This document shows, in pieces, positions 51,650-59,859 of a DNA stretch of 64,000 bases. Origin of the DNA: a virus. The translations under genes and the position numbers were made by a program. The notes under the pieces were generated by a model. The model was not told where the DNA came from. It saw only the letters and a program-made list of their open reading frames with translations, and searched no databases. The stretch's first letter is position 1, and each line of letters opens with the position of its first letter. Location of the stretch: IMG/VR virus record IMGVR_UViG_3300047089_000244, positions 96,001 to 160,000 of that record; one strand, written 5' to 3'.

Positions 51650-52155
51650 ATGCAAGCTCGCCAGTAACCACCCACAAAGGCCGTTCGTTTCCGATGGCAG
51701 TTCGAACAGAGCACATCGCACTTGGCAATCTCAGTTTCTATCGTTGGCACATCGTAACCTGATGCAGTCATGTCAGACACCGCAGCAACCTTCTGACTGG
51801 GGTCGCGATGATCAAAGTCAAGCACAACCGGATCAGACTCGCCACAATTGATACAGGGATGCTTTTGAAGGTAGTCCCAAATCCATGCTTGCGCGCGCTC
51901 CTGAACAATCCTTTTGCGAGCTTTCGTCCTTGCTTTGATACGATCCTTGTTCCGTAAATAGTGCGCGTCTGAAACGATCTTCTGACATGCTTTACAGTGA
52001 GCTTGATGTTTGTCGCCTTTGGTAGCAAACTCTTTGAGTGGCTTCTCAAGTTCGCATTTACCGCAGATCTTAGTCCCCCCGGCTGGAATCGAACCAGCGA
52101 CGGTCGTGGATTCGAAGTCCACCGCTCTGTCCTCTGAGCTACGAAGGGTTGTCAT
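51601..52155 (-). CDS. HNH endonuclease-like protein whose frame runs through tRNA-Arg(TCG)
   Basis: KICGKC..C..C; HPCINCGE.D..VLDFDHRD..EIAKCDVLCSNCHRKRT. Confidence 0.75.
   Translation of the reverse strand: MTTLRSSEDRAVDFESTTVAGSIPAGGTKICGKCELEKPLKEFATKGDKHQAHCKACQKIVSDAHYLRNKDRIKARTKARKRIVQERAQAWIWDYLQKHPCINCGESDPVVLDFDHRDPSQKVAAVSDMTASGYDVPTIETEIAKCDVLCSNCHRKRTAFVGGYWRACISSVPGLTMRWHRGSS
52074..52148 (-). tRNA. tRNA-Arg(TCG)
   Basis: GTGGA-CTTCGAA-TCCAC. Confidence 0.9.
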
Positions 52156-52184
52156 ACCTATTATCATCGCGTATTGACTTCGAA

Positions 52185-52367
52185 TCAGGCATGAGGTTCG
52201 AAGTCCCACCAACGTCGCATAGTTTCAAGAGCGACCTCGGCAATATCTCGATATTCGTCACGGACCTCTTCGTGCGCTTCGAGCCAAGGTATAGCTCGCG
52301 CAGAAAAGTCTTTCTCCTCAGCCTCATAAATGGCTTGAGCTACTCGCTCTATCAATTTCGTCTCCAT
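52185..52367 (-). CDS. small phage protein (IERVAQAIY family)
   Basis: ERVA.AIY..W......RD.YR..A..AL..MR. Confidence 0.65.
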   Translation of the reverse strand: METKLIERVAQAIYEAEEKDFSARAIPWLEAHEEVRDEYRDIAEVALETMRRWWDFEPHA

Positions 52368-52369
52368 TT

Positions 52370-52409
52370 AGATTCGAAGTCTCAGGTCCTCATCCGTAGG
52401 ACAGGGGAA
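52370..52409 (-). pseudogene. 5' half of a tRNA-Arg(TCG)
   Basis: D arm GTCCT-ACGGATG-AGGAC, then TGAGA-CTTCGAA-TCT; no T arm follows. Confidence 0.6.
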
Positions 52410-52411
52410 GG

Positions 52412-52486
52412 ACTCCTGGCTGTTTGCGACAGCATCTCCCACTTAAAAGGCGGGGCTCTATTGCAGGCACTTTGAGCTACAGGAGG
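52412..52486 (-). tRNA. degenerate tRNA-Lys(TTT) (long D-loop, non-canonical T-loop)
   Basis: CTCCTG/CAGGAG; CCGC-CTTTTAA-GTGG; GCTGT-CGCAA-ACAGC. Confidence 0.6.
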
Positions 52487-52488
52487 AG

Positions 52489-52561
52489 TGGGTCGTCCCG
52501 GACTCGAACCGGGAATTGTCTCCTTAAGAGGGAGGTGCTCTTACCATTTAGCTAACGACCC
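52489..52561 (-). tRNA. tRNA-Lys(CTT)
   Basis: CTCC-CTCTTAA-GGAG. Confidence 0.92.
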
Positions 52562-52670
52562 AAAAACCCCGGCTCTCACGGTCACGCACACGAGCCGCTT
52601 ATCAGGCGACGCTCGCATACCATCCCGGTTCCACCGGGTCTGGGAACCGCATTTCGGTTCCGAGGCTTAG

Positions 52671-52743
52671 TCCCCTTGACTGGATTTGAACCAGTGACTT
52701 CCTCCTTCGCAGGGAGGCACTCTATCCACTGAGCTACAAGGAG
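52671..52743 (-). tRNA. tRNA-Arg(GCG)
   Basis: CCTCC-CTGCGAA-GGAGG. Confidence 0.92.
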
Positions 52744-52810
52744 AGGTAAAGCGAGTATTTAGCGCCCTCGCTCACGGCTGTCTCTAGCATGGCCAATGGC
52801 CAAAGCCAGA

Positions 52811-53416
52811 TCATCTTGAAAACTTGTTTTCCTGCCAATCATGCAAGAGCGTATACTCATACGAGCTTGGATCACCACCGATAATCAAATCAAAGAGGAC
52901 TGGTCTTACGTCCTTCAAGCTTTCGATCAGATGGTCAGCAATATCGCACTCCGCCTTTGTGAGATATGGAGCAATAGATTTGTTGCTCTGCCCGTCTCGG
53001 AGATGTAAGGCTCGGTGCCAGCCGATACAGGCCGGGATCGTGCAATAGGACCGAGGTGCATAGTTGATGTAGTCCGGAAGCTCCAGCATCAACCAACGTG
53101 GCACAAAATGGTGCCGTGTGATGGCACCTTCGCAATCCTTCGGCTCGTCGTGGTAGCGACAAACTAAAGGGCGCTGCGTAGCTAGGGCGCGAGCCTTCTT
53201 CTGTTCGATGATCTTGTGCGGTATCAGTCCGCTATTGTGATTGAGTCGCCAGAGTACAGCACGGGTAGAGAGACGTTCATCAAGAAGATCATCGATCTCC
53301 GCGTCCTCCATTTCCGCAAGCACTTCTAGCTGCTCAACAGTAGCTTCTGAGTCATAGGAATCGAACCAAAAGACCTCTCCCGTGACAGGATGTGTCCAGT
53401 CTCGTGCTCGTGACAT
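52811..53416 (-). CDS. HNH-like protein
   Basis: C..C..ITRHHFVP..TIPAC..WHRALH. Confidence 0.6.
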   Translation of the reverse strand: MSRARDWTHPVTGEVFWFDSYDSEATVEQLEVLAEMEDAEIDDLLDERLSTRAVLWRLNHNSGLIPHKIIEQKKARALATQRPLVCRYHDEPKDCEGAITRHHFVPRWLMLELPDYINYAPRSYCTIPACIGWHRALHLRDGQSNKSIAPYLTKAECDIADHLIESLKDVRPVLFDLIIGGDPSSYEYTLLHDWQENKFSR

Positions 53417-53453
53417 ACCTATAGTATACAGGGTATGTCAAGGTTCGAAAAAG

Positions 53454-53528
53454 TAGCCCGTGCGGGATTCGAACCCGCGTTCACGCGGCCTGAGAAGCCG
53501 GTATCCTAAACCACTAGACCAACGGGCC
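53454..53528 (-). tRNA. tRNA-Glu(CTC)
   Basis: CGGC-TTCTCAG-GCCG. Confidence 0.92.
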
Positions 53529-53589
53529 ATAAAGCTATCTGGGCGAGGTACGGATCTATTGAGAATCCGCTGTCATTCCAGATAGCAAG

Positions 53590-53662
53590 TACTCCTCCCA
53601 GGACTCGAACCTGGAACCATTCGCATATAAGACGAAAGCTCTAACCATTGAGCTAGAGGAGC
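53590..53662 (-). tRNA. tRNA-Ile(TAT)
   Basis: TTCGT-CTTATAT-GCGAA. Confidence 0.88.
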
Positions 53663-53672
53663 ATGCGGCCCC

Positions 53673-54267
53673 TCACAAGGAGGGACCGTTAATTGCTTCA
53701 CAGGTGCTAGACAGCAAACGGGGCGTTTGTTCCTTGAACTTTTCGCCTCCGTAAGATGTTTCATTGTGAGACTGACTCGACCAGGTTATTTCACCACCCC
53801 GATACGGTTTTCTCTGATACCATTCTTCCCAGTACCACGGATACCGGCGGGCCGGGATGGGTACAGAATAGGGCTGAGGTACTGGCCTTGAAGCCAACTC
53901 CGCCTTGAGTAAACGAATACAGTCATCGGTTGTCGGGTCCTTGCCGTGACTATGCCACGAGAGCCCACAAATAGAGCAAATCGTTGAAACGGCGATTGGC
54001 TCAGGTTTTGTTAATTTCTTTCGTGCTGCCATGATTTTCTACAGAGAGGCCCGAAGACATTTCACCGCGATTGACTCGTTTTTCGGTCATTCCACCCCAA
54101 ACATGACCTCGTGCAGAATCGAGTGCTTTACCCGCTGACGAAGTGGTCATATTCAATGCTTGACCAATCTGGGGAACCGTATTACCATCAAAGTACATCT
54201 TGAAGGCTTCGTATTCCGTCGCGTTGAGACAGTACACAGCTTCTATGTCTTGCCTCCCCATTTTCAT
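53673..54267 (-). CDS. two small ORFs (53673-54032; 54001-54267 with sigma70-region-4/LuxR-like HTH)
   Basis: L...EYEAF.MY.DG.T..QIG..LNMT. Confidence 0.55.
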
Positions 54268-54301
54268 CCTCCTTTAGGACGTTTTGGTTTGAGTACTACA
54301 G

Positions 54302-54374
54302 GGTGGCCAGAGGGAATCGAACCCTCATCGCCGGGATCACAACCCGGAGTTCTAACCGTTGAACTATGGTCACC
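54302..54374 (-). tRNA. tRNA-His(GTG), encoded G-1
   Basis: CCGGG-TTGTGAT-CCCGG. Confidence 0.94.
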
Positions 54375-54378
54375 ATGA

Positions 54379-54472
54379 TGCGCCAGAGAAGACGCGACCC
54401 TCCTGTCCTTCGGCTCGGGGGCCTGTGCTAGCACAACCCACTGTCCGCTGCTCCGCTCTGAGCTACTGGCGC
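54379..54472 (-). ncRNA. tRNA-like RNA with extended non-canonical anticodon region
   Basis: GCGCCAG/CTGGCGC-A; TAGCTCAG..GAGC D arm; aberrant T-loop. Confidence 0.55.
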
Positions 54473-54473
54473 A

Positions 54474-54548
54474 TATCCCCTCTCGGATTCGAACCGAGAC
54501 TGTACTGGGCTTAAACCAGTTCCCTCTGCCAGTTGGAGTAAGGGGACA
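54474..54548 (-). tRNA. tRNA-Leu(TAA), short variable arm
   Basis: ACTGG-TTTAAGC-CCAGT. Confidence 0.9.
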
Positions 54549-54554
54549 AGATAG

Positions 54555-54625
54555 ATGGAGAACAGGGATTCGAACCCCGATTGAGAGCTTCAAAGGCTCC
54601 GGTCTTGCCATTAGACGATTCTCCA
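54555..54625 (-). tRNA. tRNA-Gln(TTG)
   Basis: GAGC-CTTTGAA-GCTC. Confidence 0.92.
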
Positions 54626-54702
54626 AAGTAATCGGCGCGGATATCCACGGGTTAGGGGGCGAGAACCTAATCTCTTGCGCTAAACCGCCTTGTACCGATT
54701 AG

Positions 54703-54773
54703 CTGGAGAACAGGGACTCGAACCCCAATGACAACGCTCAGAACGTTGCATCTTGCCATTAGATGATTCTCCA
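54703..54773 (-). tRNA. tRNA-Gln(CTG)
   Basis: CAACG-TTCTGAG-CGTTG. Confidence 0.92.
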
Positions 54774-54780
54774 AAGTACA

Positions 54781-54853
54781 TAGCAGACCCGAGAATCGAA
54801 CTCGGCTCTCAAGCTTATGGGGCTCGAATGGTCGTCCAGACCACCTGTCTGCA
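54781..54853 (-). tRNA. tRNA-Met(CAT), 1:72 mismatch (initiator-like), C33
   Basis: CGAGC-CCCATAA-GCTTG. Confidence 0.8.
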
Positions 54854-54855
54854 AA

Positions 54856-54939
54856 TGCCCACCGGGAGATTCGAACTCCCACACCTTTTCAGATAGCGCC
54901 TTTTGAGGACGCCGCGTCTACCATTCCAGCCAGGTGGGC
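54856..54939 (-). tRNA. tRNA-Leu(CAA)
   Basis: GCGTC-CTCAAAA-GGCGC; long variable arm. Confidence 0.92.
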
Positions 54940-55006
54940 GTATTTATGATAATTGCCTTGTGCACGCGAGGCAAATTTTTCCGAGGCGGGACTTCCTTCC
55001 TCAGAA

Positions 55007-55078
55007 TTGGAATACTAGGACTCGAACCTAGAATACCACCGTATCAGAGTGGCGTGATAACCATTTCACTATATTCCA
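55007..55078 (-). tRNA. tRNA-Ile(GAT)
   Basis: CCACT-CTGATAC-GGTGG. Confidence 0.88.
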
Positions 55079-55079
55079 G

Positions 55080-55151
55080 CGGATCTGAGAGGAATCGAAC
55101 CTCTGACGCGCGGTTCTTCAAACCGCCGCTCTACCCCTGAGCTACAGATCC
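55080..55151 (-). tRNA. tRNA-Phe(GAA)
   Basis: GCGGT-TTGAAGA-ACCGC. Confidence 0.93.
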
Positions 55152-55454
55152 AGGGTTACTTCTTGACACGAGTAATCTCCTCAAGGTCGTCATAAAGCTT
55201 AGGTAGGTTCTCCTCGAACGCACACTCTAAGCATTTGCCAATCTTGGGCAAAGCTCTCTTTGTACAACCCGATTCACTACAAACGCCGGGCCTCATGAAT
55301 TGTGGGATGTTAATATCTTCTTCATTCATTTTGCGTATCCTGAAAAGGTAAAAAAGTAAGATAGCCCCTCCTAGAAGGAGCCCTTGTTTCATATACCCAG
55401 TCATCACTCGTTATACAACGGGTGATGCAAGAAAATGAGCGGAAGGTGAAGGAG

Positions 55455-55811
55455 TCAAGGATTAGGAGAACGACTACTATTGCAACGCAAGTGAGAGAAA
55501 GCAATGTTCTCCATATCCCAAAACAAATCCGCATCGACACCCAACCAAGATTGCTTATGCTCAATACTTAAATCAGATTCATTCTCAATGATCCCTCCGC
55601 AATGAAAGCAAACATTCCGATCGGTATCACAAACGAGCATAAAAAGAACCTTCTTGCGCAATCTATGCGCTGCGGTGCCCCATGGCATACCCAACTGTTC
55701 CGCCTTCTTCAGGTGGCTTTTCGACGGAATCACCGTCCCGTCAGCCTTACGTTCCTTGTAACGACGTGCATTATATTTACGCACGGCCTCTTTATCCCTG
55801 GATACGGGCAT
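55455..55811 (-). CDS. HNH-like protein
   Basis: CFHCG..LSIEHK..W..NIAFSHLRCN; leaderless TGATATACT promoter. Confidence 0.75.
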   Translation of the reverse strand: MPVSRDKEAVRKYNARRYKERKADGTVIPSKSHLKKAEQLGMPWGTAAHRLRKKVLFMLVCDTDRNVCFHCGGIIENESDLSIEHKQSWLGVDADLFWDMENIAFSHLRCNSSRSPNP

Positions 55812-55830
55812 ACGGAATAGTATATCATAA

Positions 55831-55914
55831 CGGAAGCGTAGAGAGTCGAACTCTAGAGGGCTCATCACCCCAGGCGGGTTCAAACCGCTGTCCTCAGCCA
55901 ACCGGATCACTTCC
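55831..55914 (-). tRNA. tRNA-Ser(TGA)
   Basis: GCGG-TTTGAAC-CCGC; long variable arm; G73. Confidence 0.88.
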
Positions 55915-55972
55915 AAGGGGGTCCGTCCGAGAGCCTTGTTCAGGCCGGGGACGGCTGCCCCGTTGAGTTGAG

Positions 55973-56043
55973 ACGCGACGGCGAGAATTGAACTCGCGTA
56001 GGCGGGTTTGCAATCCGCTGGATGGCCTCTATCCTACGTCGCG
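55973..56043 (-). tRNA. tRNA-Cys(GCA)
   Basis: GCGGA-TTGCAAA-CCCGC; U73. Confidence 0.85.
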
Positions 56044-56049
56044 ATGAAG

Positions 56050-56120
56050 CTGGAAGGCTCGGACTCGAACCGAGAATACCTGGTTAACGGCCAGGTGTGA
56101 TGCCATTTCACTACCAACCA
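56050..56120 (-). tRNA. tRNA-Asn(GTT), C33, mismatched acceptor
   Basis: CCTGG-CCGTTAA-CCAGG. Confidence 0.8.
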
Positions 56121-56279
56121 ATGTTGTACTGGTACGCCTCGGCTACTTATTGTCGGTTTCGTGTAGGTACGAGATCCGAGTTGACCGACCTCTCGGTCGA
56201 GCTATCGACTTACCACCCGTCACCCGTGTACACATCCAGCTTGGGCCGGGAATGACCTACGACCAGTACGGTACTACAG

Positions 56280-56365
56280 CGGAAGGGGTGGGATTCGAAC
56301 CCACGGTGGCTCTCGCCACACTGCCTTAGCGGGGCAGCACAATAATCCATCTCTGCCACCCTTCC
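56280..56365 (-). tRNA. tRNA-Ser(GCT), C33
   Basis: CTGCC-CCGCTAA-GGCAG. Confidence 0.88.
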
Positions 56366-56448
56366 AGGTGCGCCAGTGTCAGTTGATCCATAGCCTGGCG
56401 CATCCACAGTTATGGCCGCTTGCTTTCCCTGCATGCTGGTACTTGCAA

Positions 56449-56523
56449 AGCCCCTAGCGGGATTCGAACCCACGCAGTGCATCGCTTAGGAAGCGACCGC
56501 TCTATCCTCTGAGCTATAAGGGC
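56449..56523 (-). tRNA. tRNA-Arg(CCT)
   Basis: GTCGC-TTCCTAA-GCGAT. Confidence 0.92.
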
Positions 56524-56699
56524 ATACTATCGGCGAGGGAAACGAGGAGCACCCGTATCTTTAGTAATTGACTTAAAGATTTTCGCCACAAATGTTAAAA
56601 CTATAAATAGCCAAAGAAAATAGAACACTAGGCATGTGATACCTACTATTAGTAGTATCAAAAAAGCGACATGTTTTCCTTTGGTTGGGGTGCAAAAAG

Positions 56700-57045
56700 T
56701 GGACCATCCCGGAATCGAACCGGGGTCTTGTTGTGATTATCGATCTAGCTATCTAGCATCTTGGGACAGGCTTGGCCCGTCTCCACCACTCGGTTTATGT
56801 CCGAGAACATACTGCTTTCGCGGGGTGCTACCATGAGCACTTTCTGTTCCTAGGTATGTGCTCCTACCCGGCGCTGGCGATTAAGCCAGAGCGAGATGTG
56901 TCTCGCGTGCCGTGAAGCTTCCATCAAGGAAGCTTGCCGGAATAGCGAGAGTATCATCATTGCCAGTTATGGCTTGTGCGATTTAGGTGTCGCAACCGAT
57001 GCACTAGAGGGACTCTCGGGCAACAATCGAATACCCATATGGCCC
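56700..57045 (-). ncRNA. ssrA: tmRNA, tag (A)GNDDTLAIPASFLDGSFTARETHLALA*
   Basis: Acceptor GGGCCAT/ATGGTCC-A with G3:U70; T arm CCCGGTTCGATTCCGGG; ATAACT-GGC resume site; tag ends LALA-TAA. Confidence 0.93.
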
Positions 57046-57289
57046 ATGTACCTGCCACGAATCGGGCAACAATCCCTATCCGCAGGTCCTACAGGGGAGG
57101 GAATCCCATCCTGTAGCTGATGCTTGCGGGCGAGGCTAGATAGCACCTCGCCCGCCGACATTACTCGACTGACTCAGTACTGCTGGATCACCCCCTAAGT
57201 TGAAAGGACAAGACACCTAAGGCAGGTACGCCTCCTCGGTTCTAGAAACCGAGCACCCTTACATCTTGTGGTGACGTTTAAGGTGTCAG

Positions 57290-57361
57290 TGGACGATCAG
57301 GGTATCGATCCCCGTACCTCCCGCCTGTCAAACGGGTGCTCTCCCATTGAGCTAATCGTCC
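57290..57361 (-). tRNA. tRNA-Val(GAC)
   Basis: CCCGT-TTGACAG-GCGGG. Confidence 0.9.
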
Positions 57362-57500
57362 TAGCCCCCATCGCGTCTGTTCGCTCCCATGGAGCTACTA
57401 AGACCATAGGTACTAGGGCAAACCCCAGGACTACTAATGATATACTAATGATGGACCGACATGATGGGCCTTACCCCACCCGGCCTAGACATCCACCAAG

Positions 57501-57574
57501 TGCTCGATGAAGGAATCGAACCTTCGACACGTTGGGTGTAAACCAACTGCTCTAAACCACTGAGCTAATCGAGC
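57501..57574 (-). tRNA. tRNA-Val(TAC)
   Basis: GTTGG-TTTACAC-CCAAC. Confidence 0.93.
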
Positions 57575-57739
57575 ATACAAAAACCGCCCTCTCCTTGCTT
57601 CAAAAAGCTCAGAGAGTATTGTCATCTCCGCTGCTCACGGAGTTTGCAGGGCTGAGCAGTTCCCCTGGCGATAGTGAGTTGGCAGTCAGTCCACAACCCT
57701 AACAAGGGTGTGCTGTACCTAGCTGTTCACCACAGCTAG

Positions 57740-57811
57740 CGATTCCACGGGGGATCGAACCCCGACTTGCTCCTGGACAGGGAGCCGTGATGGCCATTTC
57801 ACTATGGAACC
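57740..57811 (-). tRNA. tRNA-Asp(GTC), C37
   Basis: GCTCC-CTGTCCA-GGAGC. Confidence 0.9.
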
Positions 57812-57903
57812 AAGGGTCTGGCATTGCGGGAGTCTATCCACCGGAAGCCAGACAGTAACGTCTACAGGTCATGACTCCCGTAGTTTGCGAGACTAATTCG
57901 CAG

Positions 57904-57972
57904 CGGGGCGAGAAGGAATTGAACCCTCGCCTGCGGGTTTGGAATCCGCTTGGTCACCATGACCTTCACCCC
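57904..57972 (-). tRNA. tRNA-Trp(CCA)
   Basis: GCGGA-TTCCAAA-CCCGC. Confidence 0.85.
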
Positions 57973-58180
57973 ATGTGTACTAAAGCTTTTCTCCTTTGCA
58001 GATCCCGATACAGTGCTGTCCGGAACTTTGTAAACCAGTTCGGATCATCAGGATCGTAAGCTTCGAGCGCCGCTTGGTTCGCGGCAGCGAAAACGTGCGG
58101 TTGTAGCTCCTCCTGCTTGAGAGGACGGTTCAAATATCTCAACGGTAGTAGTTCCGATACCATGCGAATCACTATACCAA

Positions 58181-58252
58181 AGCCAACACTCGGAGTCGAA
58201 CCGAGTTTCCACGCTTACGAAGCGCGTGCATCGCCGTCAATGCTTTGCTGGC
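58181..58252 (-). tRNA. tRNA-Thr(CGT)
   Basis: CGCGC-TTCGTAA-GCGTG. Confidence 0.92.
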
Positions 58253-58340
58253 ACAAGAAGCAACCCGTCCTGAGGACGCCGAAGGGACTCAGCCGCGTCC
58301 ACGACAGGACTCACGTCCCTTTATTCGTGTGTTACTTCTA

Positions 58341-58412
58341 AGCCTACACTCAGAATCGAACTGAGGATGCTCGCATACCAAGCGAGTGTGATACCACTTA
58401 CACTATGTAGGC
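58341..58412 (-). tRNA. tRNA-Thr(GGT)
   Basis: CTCGC-TTGGTAT-GCGAG. Confidence 0.92.
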
Positions 58413-58546
58413 ACGAAGGTCCGGTAGCATACCCACTGTCGTCACAGTATAGGGCAGAGGCTTGACCGGACCGTACAACAGCCTCTCTATGAGAGGGCGC
58501 TCCGTCCGCGATCCCTCTACCGGGGGCCGACCGAGCAATCTTTGAG

Positions 58547-58620
58547 TCAGGATAGGAGGATTTGAACCTCCGACCTCTCCCATCCGAGGGGAGCGCTCTA
58601 CCAAGCTGAGCCATACCCTG
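58547..58620 (-). tRNA. tRNA-Pro(CGG)
   Basis: CTCCC-CTCGGAT-GGGAG. Confidence 0.94.
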
Positions 58621-58709
58621 ATGCGACCGGCTGCGATCTACTGGTTGTTACACCAGGTCTGCACGGTCACGCGACCAAGACAGGGCATTGCCGAAGTCCA
58701 AATCGCTAG

Positions 58710-58804
58710 TGCGCCTGATGGGATTTGAACCCACATCCGTCGGTGTGAAAAACCGATGCTGGGGACAGGTTATGAAGCTGCCTCTACCATTCAGCTACAG
58801 ACGC
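58710..58804 (-). tRNA. atypical tRNA (TTC anticodon, Glu) with an extra hairpin in the D-loop
   Basis: GCGTCTG/CAGGCGC; D stem GCTG/CAGC encloses GGCAG-CTTCATAAC-CTGTC; TCGGT-TTTTCAC-ACCGA. Confidence 0.7.
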
Positions 58805-58904
58805 TAGTTGTGCTCCCTACCGTTTGAGCCGGAAAACCGATCGCAGAACGGCTCGCCTGGGTTTACCCTAATCTCCGGAAGCACAGAGAGATGGCGAAAC
58901 TACA

Positions 58905-58979
58905 TCGGGATGGCCGGATTCGAACCGACGATCGCCCGCTTCCAAGGCGGCCATGTTAACCAGACTACACCACATCCCG
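58905..58979 (-). tRNA. tRNA-Pro(TGG)
   Basis: CCGC-CTTGGAA-GCGG. Confidence 0.92.
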
Positions 58980-59014
58980 TGGTTCCCTAGTCCGTGCTGA
59001 GCGGACGAAGGGAG

Positions 59015-59086
59015 TGGAGGACAGGGGAGTCGAACCCCTAACTCTGCCGTGCAAAAGCAGTGTGTTCCCATTAGCACCAGTCCCCC
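59015..59086 (-). tRNA. tRNA-Ala(TGC)
   Basis: G3:U70; CTGCT-TTTGCAC-GGCAG. Confidence 0.93.
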
Positions 59087-59185
59087 TGGTGAAATCCGCA
59101 GGCTCGGCTCGCGGACTGAGTACAATCTGGGCGCTCTCATCCCATCTCATATGTTTACGGGCTGCCGATTCAGACCGTCCTACAG

Positions 59186-59257
59186 TGCCTCCGTGGGGAA
59201 TCGAACCCCAGCTTACCGATTAAAAGTCGGTGGGTCTACCACTAACCATACGGAGAC
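59186..59257 (-). tRNA. tRNA-Lys(TTT)
   Basis: ACCGA-CTTTTAA-TCGGT. Confidence 0.9.
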
Positions 59258-59374
59258 AAGACCCAGAACAGAGCGCAGACGCTTCAAAGCGGTAAGGCTC
59301 CACATCTGCGATTACTCTGGGGTACTACCCTTCATTCATATGTGGTTTATCAAGTGCCGGAGTCATGTCCGGAG

Positions 59375-59457
59375 TGCTGTCCGGGGGAGTCGAACCCCCA
59401 TGCTCTTACGAGCGGCCGGTTCTAAGCCGACTGCGTATACCATTCCACCAGGACAGC
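59375..59457 (-). tRNA. tRNA-Leu(TAG)
   Basis: GTCGG-CTTAGAA-CCGGC. Confidence 0.93.
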
Positions 59458-59543
59458 AAATTGTCGGTCGCGATTCCTGCATCCACCGACGGTATCTCTT
59501 GAACGTGATCAAATCGCTCTCACTACCGTACTTCTTACAGGAG

Positions 59544-59627
59544 TGCGCCAGGAGGGACTTGAACCCTCACGCCCTTGCGGGCACACGGATCTGAACCGTG
59601 CTCGTCTACCGATTCCGACACTAACGC
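59544..59627 (-). tRNA. tRNA-Leu(CAG)
   Basis: CACGG-TTCAGAT-CCGTG. Confidence 0.93.
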
Positions 59628-59776
59628 AAATGGTTGTCCACGAGGGTTGATTATTCCCCCACTTCGCATCCACTACTAACACCAAGATCAGGTGTACTCG
59701 GGCTCTACTTGGTTACCCGTACCCAATTGCTTTCGCTTCAACTCCTCTTTCTTCCCTATCGGAAGAAGATGGACAG

Positions 59777-59859
59777 TGCGCTGAGTGGGATTCGAACCCA
59801 CACGGGCCGAAGCCCACTGCCTCCTCAAGGCAGCACGTCTACCTTTCCATCACCAGCGC
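59777..59859 (-). tRNA. tRNA-Leu(GAG)
   Basis: CTGCC-TTGAGGA-GGCAG. Confidence 0.93.

Noticed and set aside
54420-54440. Amber suppressor (CTA) and stop-codon recoding
   Set aside because: CTA lies in a 4-nt loop, not a 7-nt anticodon loop; long genes are intact in code 11 and TAG, TGA and TAA all end ORFs.
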